Shown: positions 38,401-51,429 of the stretch, one piece after another
Position numbering within the stretch: the first letter of the stretch is position 1
How the letters are laid out: every line of letters starts with the position of its first letter
Source of the DNA: Phoronis australis
Lineage: Eukaryota > Animalia > Phoronida
Assembly: GCA_002633005.1 (NCBI GenBank)
Contig: NMRA01000148.1
Coordinates: forward strand, 768,072 to 832,071
Direction: 5' to 3'
DNA: 64,000 nucleotides
Notes under the pieces: model-generated
Told to the model about the DNA's origin: nothing
Databases searched by the model: none
What the model saw: only the letters and a program-made list of their open reading frames with translations
Translations under genes and position numbers: made by a program

Positions 38401-40612
38401 TGGATTCGAACTGGGAACTTTCACGTTTACAGCAAACACTCTGCTGATGAGCTGAATCGGACTCGTTAATTAACAATGCCTTGATGTCAGTGAAGAACAG
38501 CAGACATTGGCAACAATCAGTGATATGTAATAAAATGTAGGTTATTGCACATACCTTGTTGTTATATGACGTCATACCAAGCATACCTGTGTCAGTTAAG
38601 CAACAAGATTATCTGTGGTAGGGAACATGCCCAATAAAATTTTCCACCATACACAAGAATTTACTCCACCAGGAGACTACACATCAACCATGAAATACAG
38701 CCTCAACCATTGTACATGGATTGGTTTTACTTTCCCGTATTTCACGGCATATTTAACAGCACATTCAGGGCTCGACATAACGAGCTGCAGGTCGCATTTG
38801 CGACCTGGCATTTACGAATGCGAGCTGGATTTTGAAAATGCGACCTGGGATTTTGGCTAGGTCGCAAAATGCGACCTGGCGATTTTATTAGCGTCGAGCC
38901 CTGACATTGAATGCCTGTATTTACACATCCATGTGATAACCACAAAAACACAAAAGATTTTATTGTTTCACAGCTCTAGTCAAACCTAATGACTTCAAAA
39001 AGTCTATCCCACAAAACAGTAATCCCAAAACGCATTTTTTGGCTATAAAAATAAGGTCTCTTTGAAATACTCATAGCAATATCCATAGCTTTAGGGTCCT
39101 AACTCAATTTACCACAAATATGAATACGAAAATTGTAAACCCAACACTTCATTCACACTTTAACTTTGCGACTCCAATCTTCAATTTGAAATTCTGATTA
39201 TAAATCGACGAAACAGGGATTCTGCAGTAATGTTTGATAAATGATTATATTTATTTATATTCAGGTAGTCAGGGATACAAGTGCAGGGATATTCCTGTGT
39301 CTAGTTGTTCTATTTCACAAGACACACAGGACAAATGTTTGAGAAACACCCCCCTTTTAGGACTAATTGCACATGAAGTATATAAACAGAAAACCAACAA
39401 AACAACTTTAATTCCAGTGGCTCCCTAAAAGTTACCAAGGAAACCTACAAGGAAGCCAGGTGAAAAATAATCATTTGAAAACTAGCTGGACACTTAAACA
39501 TACAAGATCCTAATTGGGAAAGATTTCAATAATCTGAGAATAGCCCCACAAGATTTGTAAAGCAACGTCTCCTGCTCATTTCATAAGGCTGTCAATTCAA
39601 ATACTCAAAGAACAGCCTCAGCAACAGACCTTTGGTGATCAAATGCAATATACTTCTAGGAACCGCAGGTCATGTGATATTTAAGCATATCACCTGTAAA
39701 TCATCAATGCTTGTACGTGACACCAAACACACATAAATAGGCTTATCAAAGTTTAAGGGAAATACCATTTGGCAACAGGAGTCATATTTTCTATGTAATC
39801 ACGAATATGATGAAGTATTTAATTATTGTAGATAATAACACTGGGGTATTAAGCAGGGCCACCATAGCTACACCATAACAACACTAAACAAATCAAATAA
39901 CGGTAATCGAATGATCTTTACACCCCCTGGCCTTCTCGGTTTAATTAACAAGCGTGCACAGCACATATTACAAAGTAATATTAGCAGGTTAATGATACTG
40001 TGCAATTTTTCCTTTTTATTTCAGTGTTTACAAATAAGACTGGTAGGAAATAGGTAACATAAAATCTAGACAAAGAATAATGATGACGATAATCACAAAC
40101 ATAACGTGTGTACAGAATAGATTTTATCACCAACACTTCAGTTGCAACACTAAACAGCTACAATGACATGTACTTTATGACATTTTTAATTTAAAGTTAT
40201 GAAATTTATTAATAGCAAAGTGTCTCACTAATATCATAGTACTCAGAGGCTAAAAGTTAATAAAAGTGGCAATAATTCGGGGCGGTGGACTTGTCCTCTG
40301 CTACTTTAATACTTTTCACCTGTTGCAAGTATATTTTCATGGCAACAAGTAAATTTTATATTACAGAGTCAAAATTGATAGAAAATAACACGATTAGGCA
40401 CCACTTGACTGTTGTATTCCTTCAAAAATGGTCGACAGACTGGCATCACATCTTCAATAGGCGACCAGGCCTGTAATATGGTAACAAGCAGCAGTAACTT
40501 ACCTGGCACTCAGTCTCTTAATTTGTTCAGGTGACTTGGGATAGCCTACTGGCGTGGAGGAGCGGTTAAATCCAGGTGTTTGAAACAACACACCAGGGCA
40601 TAACGATGTCAT
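26483..40612 (-). CDS. FAM216: FAM216-family protein, about 723 aa, with a long low-complexity C-terminal extension
   Basis: Exons 40612-40503, 34051-33949, 32343-32306, 31940-31909, 31310-31179, 30497-30228, 29723-28397, 27960-27902 and 26583-26483 (TGA) all have GT-AG borders with matching phases and total 2172 nt. The segment VPPSF..LHHPDFTRGQQRYMWDIARVYSTAQLKVL..RY..GFFTHHE resembles the FAM216A/B core as recalled (HPDLTTGQKRYLCSIAKIYN..GVLTHH). Likely non-coding 5' exon donors lie near 40832 and 42204. Confidence 0.78.
37129..37286. mobile_element. About 160-bp MITE (CAGTGG(C/T)GGAT...ATCCGC(A/C)CCTG family)
   Basis: Terminal inverted repeats, near-identity to the copy at 42871-43030, and an imperfect 5-bp flanking duplication CTATC/TTATC. 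Confidence 0.8.
38390..38466 (-). mobile_element. tRNA-derived SINE head
   Basis: Minus strand reads ...TCAGCTCATCAGCAGAGTG...CCCAGTTCGAATCCATGCTGG, with Pol III A- and B-box-like motifs but no intact cloverleaf. Confidence 0.5.
38766..38903. mobile_element. 138-bp MITE with perfect 11-bp TIR and 5-bp TSD (hAT-like CAG termini)
   Basis: ACATT|CAGGGCTCGAC ... GTCGAGCCCTG|ACATT, with internal TGCGACCTGG repeats in both orientations. Confidence 0.88.
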
Positions 40613-40716
40613 AGTGACTTCAGGTGCGAAACTTGACCTGTAATTAATTCAAAATACTTCGAAGTCATTATTGTTTTATTTACGTGTTAGGCAATTATGT
40701 CGACAACTAAAGCTGC

Positions 40717-40790
40717 ATAGATGTTTAGATGGCTGAAAACAAAAACTGGATTAATAGATGTTTAGATGGCTGAAAACAAAAACTGGATTA
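40717..40790. repeat. 37-bp exact tandem duplication
   Basis: ATAGATGTTTAGATGGCTGAAAACAAAAACTGGATTA x2. Confidence 0.9.
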
Positions 40791-42870
40791 GACCTTATAA
40801 TCTCATAAAAATATTCTCATAATAATCCTTACCAGGTCAGGATTCTACTTCCATAAACAAGTACATCAGTGACTCAAGAAAACAGGGTCTATTGGGGTTG
40901 GCCAACCCTAAAATTATGAATTTGAAAATGGCAACGGAAAGAGGAAGGAGACTAATTTTATAAATGTAAAACAACTAATTGGATGCTTGCTTTTAGTCTG
41001 CTAAACAGGATGAAACATAGTTTTTAACAATTGTATTAAGAATCACCAACAAATGAAGTTCTACTTTTGATTTCTAAAACAAATCATTACAGGCAACAGA
41101 TTTTAGTTTGAATTACAAAAAAAAACATAAATTCAACAAATAAGCTAAAATCTAATATGTGAAGCATTGCTTTCCAATATCAAGGCCATGGTCTTATATT
41201 TGGGATAATTGTTCCCAGAAAGTGCATAATTTCACACAAAAGGTCATACCTTTACTTTGCAGCACCTGTTATACTGTTTTCATTTGTGCCAATCTGGGAA
41301 AGTTTTCGCTAAACAATATTTTAATAATTTTGACAATAATTATTGAGACAATACATGGAAATAACAACTGACCCTACATTGCAGAAAGGCTACATGGCAT
41401 TACATTCAGGATCAGTGAATTTTTATTTTGAATGTTACCTATATATGCCTTACTTCAGTTACAAAAGGAATTTTATCTTTCCCTAGGATAAGAAACAAAA
41501 ATTTAAAAAGAGCAAATAACAAAAAAATTATTTTAAACATCATTCTGTGTTTGGTGTATTCTTCTCTTCATTAAGTACAAAATTCTCCGGCTTAGCGGAA
41601 TCTATAGCAGTCTTGAATCCATTCAAAGGTTAGAGGATGACATGGCAATATCTGGCTGAAAAGGTTGATGATAATTATGTAGGCCTACAAATTATGCCAC
41701 AAAGTAACACACAATGCATCACCATGGCAGCTGAATTGGAGAATTTCTCTTGGGATAACTAGCAATTTACCCCGAATACAGTGGCAGTGTTCAGACAACA
41801 GGTAGGCTACTTTTAAAGGTTTAAAGGTTAGAACTTACGACATCAACTAAAGGTGGTAGGGTAGGGACATAAATACCGTGTTTCAGTGGTGGCGGTAGAC
41901 CTCAATGACAGCTAGAGGGCGGCAGTCATTCTGTCAACAGCAGTAGCCAGGTAACCCTTCCAAACCTCAGGCTCAGGCTTAGCAAAACTTTGGATTTCGC
42001 TTTAAACTCCATTGACATACAAATAAGTTATGAAAAATGCATTCAAACACCGGGTTTCGATCATTGACTCTCCTTTAACTTATATTACTGAACGTCCGAG
42101 CGCCTGTGACCTGATTTAGCAGACATCAGCTGAGTGCTCACCAGCTCGGGAATATATAAGCCACATGACCGTGACTTCCCATCAAGAAGTCGGTTCCTAC
42201 TTACCAGATTTATCTAAAATCGATCCTATAAGTAGCCTAGTCATTTAAGCGATCGATGATGCGCATGAAGTATCGGGTATTAGATGCCCGCGTTGTTGGT
42301 ACTCGTGTTATCCATTCCGGCACCTGAGTACAGTGCTCAGCAGCGATCGCCAATCCTCGTTGCTATATCGAGTTTTCTTCGTCGCTCAAGCACATCAAAA
42401 TAACATGCATTTAGCGTTTAAGCCAATAAAAAGCACGGTTTGTATTTGTAAAGCCTTGTGTCAATACATTCACGATTGAGTAACTGTCAACAAAGAACGC
42501 TGCAACACACACCTGAGGCAACGTGACGTATAGCGTAACGAACCAATAGGCGACCAGATTCTCTACAGTCTCACAGATTACACCCTGATTGTCACCAAGG
42601 AGTTTAGTTATGGTGATCGACAAAGGAAGGTTTGGCCTTTCGTCATTCAGAACGTCGGCATATGAAGTTTCATTGGACAAAATCCCTGTTGGTAATTTCG
42701 GTGAACACTGGTGCCCCAAAATTATACAAGCAGAAGACCAATGGTACTTCTTTTAAAAGTATGATTTCACGGTCCAGGTTGTTGGGCATCTGAACTATGG
42801 ACTTCCAAAATTATAGAAATGAAAACATTCTTGGACTACAGTGGCGGATTTAGAGGGGGCTAAGGGACTA

Positions 42871-43030
42871 CAGTGGCGGATTTAGAGGGGGCCAAGGGGG
42901 CCATGGCCACCCCTAAAATTCTCCCATATTCTATTTGGCAGTACGGGGGTGCGAATGTCTCACAGGCAAAATCCTGGCTAATACTCTGCCCTGCCCCCCC
43001 CCCCAACTCAAAATCCTGGATCCGCCCCTG
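42871..43030. mobile_element. 160-bp MITE of the same family as 37129-37286, with its left end duplicated at about 42833-42866
   Basis: CAGTGGCGGAT ... ATCCGCCCCTG ends; flanks GACTA/CACTA. Confidence 0.8.
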
Positions 43031-44559
43031 CACTATGTTGTTGTTGTTGTGCTGTTGTTGGGAGGGGGGCAGTAGGGTACTTGCTTGTCGATATTTTTCA
43101 TTATTTTTGTGACAGAATCTGGAACTGCAACTGCCCTTTTTAGGATGCGTGGAATATTCAAAATTTTGATTAACAAATTGTTTTACATGGATCTGATGGT
43201 GTGTTTTTTATACCAAGAACTACAAATTTCCATCCAAAAGCACAGAAGTTACGAAAATCCATGACGAATTCCTTTTCAGAGATTTGCACAAATGACTTTC
43301 TTACAATTTTCTAGTGCTTAGCTTCAACCACTGCGTCTTTTGTCCAAATTTATGCTGTTAAAGACTAGTTTGACACGAAAACAAGAGGTTTTCAATACAA
43401 TGAGAAGCAGTCGATAGACTACGTGTCGACTTAGTTTGGGCTAAGAAAAAAATGGGAAGGAAAGAAATAAAGTAGGCGAAAAGGTCCAAATGTGAGTTTT
43501 GAAAAAATATGTGATTTATTGTGTACTCTTTTATCAGCGTGCGCTGAATAAATTTGTCCTACCTTTAGCAATTTTTTTTCTAGTATTATTTCTCACAATG
43601 ATATTTCATTCATGTGAAAGACGTGTAAGTATTTGACACGAGAAGAAAATTCACGGTCGTCATAAAAGACCGCGTGAGCATTTTCGTGTCCCAATAATCA
43701 GGAGCCTTTCATAAACTCGTTTCAGCAGTTGCGTAATAAACAAGATTGTTTGTGAGACAGTGGGTGACGCAATTTTCATTCCAACAATGAATGACGAGAT
43801 TACGTTTTATTATTGGCAAACTCTATTAATCGCGTCTTAGAGTAGTAGAGAAATTTGTGTTCAGTAGGGCTAGCTAAATCAATAGTATCCTATTTTTGTA
43901 TTTGTATTTTGTTAGTGTTCCTCTCCAAGATGAATCAAAACATTGGTGTTCAACGATGGCGCCGTATGGATGAGCCTTTAAAAGTAATCATCGTTCTGAA
44001 GACGTCAAAATTTCATGACAAAGAAAAAAAAAACAGGCAACATCATTCTCAGGCCTTACTATAGTAGCGAACTCTAACAAAATGCCGGACACTGAAATGA
44101 TTGGTCAACGAGGTTGTAATATCGAATTATTGGATAAAATTCACTGTTTCTGTTCCGTAAGCGAACACATCTTCCTGCAACTCGTTAACGAGTGTCTTGA
44201 GTCTGTGGAAAGCAGATTAGTTCTTCAAAATCAAAGTGGGATCCTATGAGCAGTTCGCACAACGTTAACAGTGTGTCTAGATCAGTCCCTTTGTTTTGAT
44301 TTTATTCAGTTGCCCGTTCCAGGCTCCATCTCGGAGCGCAACTCAAGTGAAAGGCGCATTGTTACGCAAGGAGGTTGGAACAGGCTGAAAATCCACGGTA
44401 CGTTTCGTGAAAATCTGAAGTTTTGGTCAAATCTTTTGTTTGTCTGTATACTTTTTTACCAACGCAAATGATTTTGCAAGCTAGACGCTAGCATCTAGAT
44501 ATTCAGTTTTTTGATTGGGCAATGAAACAGTCTCACTTATTAATAGACGGGCAGCCCAG

Positions 44560-44960
44560 AGCACTTAGCATAAATGAACGAGGTACCAACATCTGACCAC
44601 GGGAGCATTTAGAGTCCATCTCAGTATGAAATAGACGTCTGCCGTTGTCTGCACTCTGGGTGTGACCCCCGGGGGCCTTACAAAGGGCCCAAAAATGAGC
44701 TAGACTAGATATTCGAGGTACCAACCAAAACTGATTTAAGACGAACAATAGCACCACATTGAACAAGGAATGACCCATGACAGACAAATTACACTCTGGA
44801 ATGGGTCCGGTAGAAACCAAAAAAGGACCCCCACAAATGAGCTAGCATTCGAGGTATCACACAAAACCAATTCCATATGACTCAATACATGTCACAGATC
44901 ACTATATGCCCTATGACAGACAAATTACACTCTGGATTGTGCCCGGCAGAAACCCCCAAA
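44560..44960. repeat. Degenerate tandem repeat with a period of about 135 bp (about 3 units)
   Basis: CGAGGTA(C/T)C recurs near 44580, 44714 and 44850; ATGACAGACAAATTACACTCTGGA occurs at 44777 and 44913. Confidence 0.65.
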
Positions 44961-47862
44961 AATCTCAACCACGGTATGCCATCAAAATTTTAAGCTAGAT
45001 AATCCTGTTAAGTGAACATTCAGTGTGTAACTTCTGAAACGATTTGATGTCCGTGAGTTTGTTTGTTGACCATCCTCTTTAGTGAATCAGTTATTCCTCT
45101 TTCATTTTTGCGAAGAATAACAAATAAAATAAATCATTGAGGAAAAATGACAAATAAACTTAAATTGAATAATTTGAGAATATCCGCACTGAAAGCAGGG
45201 TAAATTTTAGACAGTGACAACCGGTGCCAGTAGAGACGTCGATGTATTTAATTCCTTCAAACTCGAACAAATACTCCCGTTATCAAACTTTTTCTTCGAG
45301 CAGTCAATCGTTCAGTTCCCAACATCGGTAACTCGCCATTTTCACACTGCGCACGCCAGGGGATATGACGTCATGCCACCTGGTAAGTAAATTTGATCAC
45401 AAACTGGCAAAGTGGCAACACGAAAACATTTTTTTTTTCAAAAATCATACATGTATTTAGAAGACTCATTTAAAAGAATCTCTTTAACATACTTATTCTT
45501 TTTTTGTACACTGAACTAATCTACAATCTAGAAGTTACACACCAGTGTACCGAATGAAACTCATTTCCACATTTGTGGGCTACGATAACCGTGAATTTCC
45601 GAAAATAGGCACAACCAAAAGTATGCCCATGATCGTATTTTTGGCAACTGTTTCCGTCTTTTGAAAATCTGATTGTTCTAAAATACGTATGCAATATGTT
45701 TTTTGTAACACTTTGTCACGACATAATATTTTGGGATCGCGATTTCACTCAAACGCCTGTCATTTAACGAGATATTGGATGACTTTATTGGTAACTAACA
45801 GAATTAAAGTACGAAGGACAGCTATAACACACTGTTTTTGATGAAATCGAAATACATGTGCACGAATAAAATTCTTACCAGTTAGATACAATTACATACA
45901 TTTAAAAAGGACACGTCAGTTTATTTTAAAAAATCACGACTAATGTTTTTTGTTTAACAAAACTGAATCATTTTCTGAAAATACGCATTCCCTTTCCGAA
46001 AATATAATAACATTCGGTTTCACTTGACTTTTTTGATAGGTCGTTTTCCAAAATATAAGCGCCAATGGGTCGAAATTTGGAAATTCCCGGTAGCTATGTC
46101 CAGTCTGAAGTTGCCCATCTCGTGTATATACCACGTGCAAATGAACACATGTCGTGCACGCACTGTGTGCACTGAGCGAGGCAACAAAAGTTGACAATAT
46201 GATCCCGAAACATATTTGTTAGCCTACCAAACGGGTGTGGAGTACCGTGAGGAGCGGGCCGAATCATGGTTGTTTTCAGAAAAGTACTACATCCTTTGTT
46301 ACGAACTCATTTTCTTCGTCAATTGAGCTCACAAAGACTCTTACCAAAAGAATGTATTGACAATGGATCCTTTCGCTGTCATAATGTGTAAGACAATTTT
46401 ACTGTTAAATTTAATCGAATTACTCCATGGTGTAAGAGTTGCCGCCACAGAAAAAAATACTTCCTCTTTTATACGATAAAATGCTTGTATGACGAGATGG
46501 CGGCAGGTGTTGCGCAGGAGTCCAGGACATTACACAGCAATAGGCAAGGTAGCCAAAACTTAGCCAGTCAGCTAGCGTATAAAAACTATCGTCACAATAC
46601 TGCTAGGTACCCCTTCAAGTTAGCCTTGGCGCATGACTCCCATTTTGCATGCACCCCGCCGGTCGCCGCCGGTTCGCTCTACATGTTGATACGTGTTTCA
46701 CGTCGAGGTGGCAAGCAGAACTACCCGGGCTGTGTGCATTTCGAGGTCTGCCACCGGCACTGCCACACTGTGGTACCTGGCTTATTTTTAATGACGATAG
46801 TCTTCATACAGCTAGGTGGCGGGCTAGGTACCACGGCGGTGTGTTGAGCTCCGAGAGACCTCGAAGTTGCAACATTCTTTATCATCATTTGTTGTAAACT
46901 ATTCGCAAACTTGTGAAAAAGCCAGTGGATTAAGGAATAAGCCAAACCAAATTAGCCGCCAACAGCAGCGCTCTGAATTCAACGTCGCTCGAGAATCTCT
47001 GAAAGTTGACGTAGATGATCGCTCCACAAACTTAATTGAGAACAACGGATTAAGGGTAATCTTTTTCACAGACGAGTGTTGTTAATTACATTAACTTAGT
47101 TCACGATTTTGGTTTGGTCACTTTTTGCCCAAAGCGATGAAATCGGGTGACAGGCATCTCAGTAGGGGTCACTACTGTAGCCGCCTTCCAAATCTGGGCA
47201 ATATTAATACCTAGCCAAAATGAAAATTGTGCCACACATCTATTGAAAAAAAGTATTGAAACACTACCCATATTTATTACTAGGTTTGGAATATTATTCT
47301 TTATACCCCCTGTCTACGATTTAGCGATTTTTTAAAACTATGCCGAAACTTATTTCAATCAAAAATAGTGGTCCCCTGTCCAATTTTGTATCCACTTAAT
47401 CTGAACTGATACCCCAAACGTATATATGGTGAAAAGCGACTCAATTGAACCTGCATTGAAAAGATTTAAAAAAAAAAAATAAATTACTACACAATGACAA
47501 ATTGACTCACTGACCGGCGTTACAGCTGCCCGAGACAGTATTGGTGGTCATCACTGACATGCAATAGATTTTCCTACTATTGAAGAAGAGATATGTTTAA
47601 ACCATAGACTGAACCGCAACTTAAGTTTCTCCAATTCTCTAATTTTGAAGTATGTTTTTTTTGTACATGATCGAGGTGCATGAGCTTTGAGAATATACTA
47701 GACGCACAACTGCGCGCATAGACCTACGGCAGGCTACCTTTTATCTGTGATTCTGTATGAACGTACAGCCATCTGTATTTGTGTAAAATTATTTTAGGGT
47801 GGCAGGTGTCATCATGGCCGATTTCTAGGCTAGGGTATCAAAGACTAGTGTGGGTTGTGAGA

Positions 47863-47879
47863 AAATTTGCTTTGTCACG
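47863..47879 (-). promoter_or_regulatory. Candidate antioxidant response element (CNC/Nrf2-sMaf site) upstream of ferritin
   Basis: The minus strand reads CGTGACAAAGCAAATTT, matching RTGAYnnnGCA plus an A/T-rich flank, about 290 bp upstream of the TATA box. Confidence 0.5.
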
Positions 47880-48160
47880 ATAGTTGCAAAACAACTCTAT
47901 ACGCTATCTTCCAGGTCAGGTCACGAGATATGTGTCACGGCTGTTCCGTCATTTGATCTTGCTGGCTGGGCTAAGCACGCAGGGAACCAGCGAGGCCATT
48001 CCTACACAAATTTTCAATGATAAACTTCGTTTATTTTCATGAAATTCAGTAAACACATTGGTTCAATGTATATTAGATAGTGAAATGTTGTTCACTGCCA
48101 CCCAGATCATAAGTACCTTTTAAAATTGAAAATTAGTCATATTGATGGAACAGCCAAATC

Positions 48161-48168
48161 TATATAAA
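48161..48168 (+). promoter_or_regulatory. Ferritin TATA box
   Basis: TATATAAA lies about 30 bp upstream of an Inr-like TCATTAGT and 40 bp upstream of the IRE. Confidence 0.75.
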
Positions 48169-48200
48169 CAAAATCCGGGTACTGGAATTCATTAGTCGCA

Positions 48201-48238
48201 AATTTGTCTTGCTGCGTCAGTGAACGTACGGACAAATT
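48201..48238 (+). promoter_or_regulatory. Iron-responsive element (IRE) in the ferritin 5'UTR
   Basis: AATTTGTCT-TGC-TGCGT-CAGTGA-ACGTA-C-GGACAAATT: CAGUGN loop (48218-48223), 5-bp upper stem, UGC/C internal bulge and a long lower stem, in a cap-proximal position. Confidence 0.96.
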
Positions 48239-48298
48239 CGACAGAAAACTAACATTCGTTGTTTGAATTGTGCTCTAATTGAAACATAAACCTTCAGA

Positions 48299-50446
48299 AT
48301 GAGTGTGTCACAGTGTCGCCAGAACTACCACGAGAAGAATGAAGCCGGAGTCAACAAGCAAATCAACCTCGAGTTGTACGCCAGCTACGTCTACCAAGCC
48401 ATGGTAAGAAACGCGCCATGTTCAGTTCCCAATCGCGACAATCGAGTGCATTTCGGGCTGTTTTGCTTGAATTTTAAAAACTATCGTTGGTAAACACGTT
48501 CTTAGGAATGCCACTATTGAAGTTACCAGGCTTATTCGGAGCACATTTTTTCAGTAAAGTCGTGATCTCTAAATTTCGTTGAGTCACATGACATCTAAAG
48601 GGTAGGGTTACATCATACTGTTGTGTCATCAAGATCATAGATTTCATAACCACGCTCAGACTCAGGCTTAGCCTAAAAAGACTTATGCCCTACTGAAACT
48701 TTGACCCATACGTCCGTGCTGTTACACAACACGTGATTGATACTGAAAACTAAATTGATGAATTTTGACTTGTACCTTGAGTTTGATTAACCTAGCCTTG
48801 GTGCAAAGCTGTAATAGTCTTCTTACTAGTAGGCCTACTTATGGCTGGCTAGGAGTAGGATACAGGCGCTCTCTTAGTGTTAAATCTATTCAATCAAAAT
48901 CTAGCCAATCAATGTATATACACCCATTTCTTCAAGTCTGCTAAATTATCAAATGTAACTTTAAAACTGCATTCCATCCTGTTTAGCTGGCTAAGAATTC
49001 GGCCTAAACTCTCATAAAATAGGACTGTAGTCAAGTTTCGTCCGGGGGTGTGAACAAACAACCAAAGATCGTTTTTTTGGGGGGCATGGTTTTCTCATTT
49101 TGTGAGGATGTTGAGGGCCTACCTTGAAAAAAACTGTGAAAATTAAGAACTTAATTACTGCATTTTGTTGAAAATCAAGGTGGATATAGGGAAGTTTTTA
49201 CAGATACCTGGTACTGATTGTCACATTTTTTCTTGTACCAGGCTTACTACTTTGACCGTGATGACGTGGCGCTGAAGGGTTTTTTCAAGTTCTTCAAGCA
49301 CGCTTCCGATGAGGAACGTGAGCATGCTGAGAGGTTGATGAAGTTCCAGAACCAGCGCGGAGGTCGCATTGTTCTTCATGACATCAAGGTGAGATTTTCA
49401 GAGTTGTTACAAAAACCAAAGCACTTGCGTTGCTTTGCAGTGGGATGAACTAGCATTGTGAAATCTCACCAAATCAGGATATAGGATACAGTTTGGTCAA
49501 CTTTGAAATTTGAAGTCAAGTAACATCAATTAAATGCTTCAGTTTTAAGGACCTATACCATTAGTTCTCATCAGACGATGATTTTAAAAAATAGATGAAA
49601 ATGACCAATTTTAGCTATTAATTTCTGGCCAAAATTGGTAAGATGTTACTGTTCCACTAAGGATATACAACATTTTGGCCCCAGAATCCAAGTAAGTTAT
49701 TGTTTGAAGGTTACTATACCCATGTGAAGAATTGAGTCTTACAGGGTTATTTGATTGGTTTTCCAGAAACCAGAGGATGCCGAGTGGAAGACAGGACTTG
49801 ATGCGATGCAAGCGGCATTGGAGCTTGAGAAGAATGTCAACCAAGCATTGTTGGACCTCCACAAGGTGGCAGGAGAAAATGGAGATGCACAGGTTAGTGA
49901 ACTACCTGAAGAAATAAGAAACATCCTGAAATACCAAGGTGCCACTCTTTAGTCTGGTATCTTACCCGCAATGCTACACCCCGGTAGAGCACTAATGCAA
50001 TTTAAGTCAGTCATGGGATGCGTTTTTCTACCTCTTCAGATGAGACTAATCAAATTAGGGATGTGTCTCGTGCATGGTCATAGCAGACGCGTTCTTTGGT
50101 TTAAGCTTTGAACATACTTATCTAAGTTCCTTATCAGTATTCAAATACAACCTTTGGTTTGGAGATTAGAACCATGTGGCCTTCTGATCTTTGCTAGACG
50201 GACTTCAGACTTGTCCAAACCTAGATAAACATCTTACCAAAATTATTTGGCAGTTAAATCAAAGTTTTGTCGCCGTAAAATAGGGTTTTTGTTATCTCGT
50301 TCCAGATGTGTGACTTCATTGAATCCCACTACTTGACTGAACAAGTGGAGGCCATCAAGGAGATCGGTGATCACATCACCAACTTGAAGCGCGTCGGCCC
50401 AGGTCTTGGAGAGTACATGTATGACAAGGAGACTCTGAGCAGTTAA
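48299..50446 (+). CDS. FTH1: Cytosolic (soma, H-type) ferritin, 172 aa
   Basis: Exons 48299-48403, 49242-49388, 49767-49892 and 50306-50446 (TAA). The protein reads [68 protein letters not shown], with ferroxidase residues intact and no signal peptide. AATAAA at 50701. Confidence 0.98.
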
Positions 50447-51429
50447 ATGACCTTCCATGGCATGGAACCCAGGACTGGTTGTCGCGTCCGCACACAACTT
50501 GACAATTTTGCTTTCACTCGCTTCTTAGTTTTCCATAGTCTGCCTACAGTTCTGTGTTAACATATTTCTGCAAGTTTTGTTTCTTTCAGTGTACACGTGT
50601 TATTTGTTTATTGAGAATGCTACCACCTGGTTTGATTCGTTTGGTTAACATCTTGGAAGGAGTTGAAACGTTATGTTGTACATTTTGGGTTACTCTTCAC
50701 AATAAAAAATCTTCTTCATCGTATCTTCTTGTGTTGCAAGTGAAGTATTGTGCATATGGTCATTAATTTTCATCATTTTCATTCAAACCTGAGTGAAACA
50801 AGTTGCTGATACTATACATACAAAGAATTTGAAGATAGTAGATTACTGTGAATACAGTCGTTTTCAAAATAATCGAATGTTGAAATACGACAAAGTTTGG
50901 TCCACAGTACTGTGACTACATATCCATTTCACAAAAATGCAGTGTCTAAAATACTTGTGGTTTTGCAAATTGAAAACAAAAAAAACTTATCTTAAGCCAA
51001 TAGTACCAAGACTATTGTAAACAATTTTCGACCTGAATGTAAACTATTAAGATTGCATTGATCAGTGTAAAAATTCCCAAGAGAATAAGGATGAAGAACA
51101 AAGCCCATACTCAGCGATCAGAGACATATGACAGATCTGCTGTCTGAAGATCACAATGATACAGTTAACCACTACCAGCCGACAGGCTTTATTTAACAAA
51201 ATCTGAGATAAATAATGTCTATAATACTGTCTGAAATTCATTGGATAGTAAACATTTCATGATGCACTCTCCCACATTCAATTTTCACTGCATTTTTTGT
51301 GGGTATTTAGATTACTCAGATAAGAGCTCTGTTGTGCAGTTGCGTGTGTAAAGAGCAACGCAGAGCGTTGAAATGCACCCATGAATGCAGGGCAAACGGT
51401 GTGCTTCTAGGGGTGTTTACTTGTGTCAT

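Noticed and set aside
38390-38466. Possible tRNA gene
   Set aside because: A/B-box-like motifs are present, but no convincing acceptor or anticodon stems form; treated as a SINE head.
42350-42620. RFX X-box-like half sites upstream of the FAM216-like gene
   Set aside because: Only partial matches (GTTGCTAT, GTCACCAAGG) were seen, too weak to call.
46485-46945. Overlapping ORFs of 74-120 aa
   Set aside because: Such ORFs are expected in a GC-rich patch; there is no motif, splice structure or recognisable homology.
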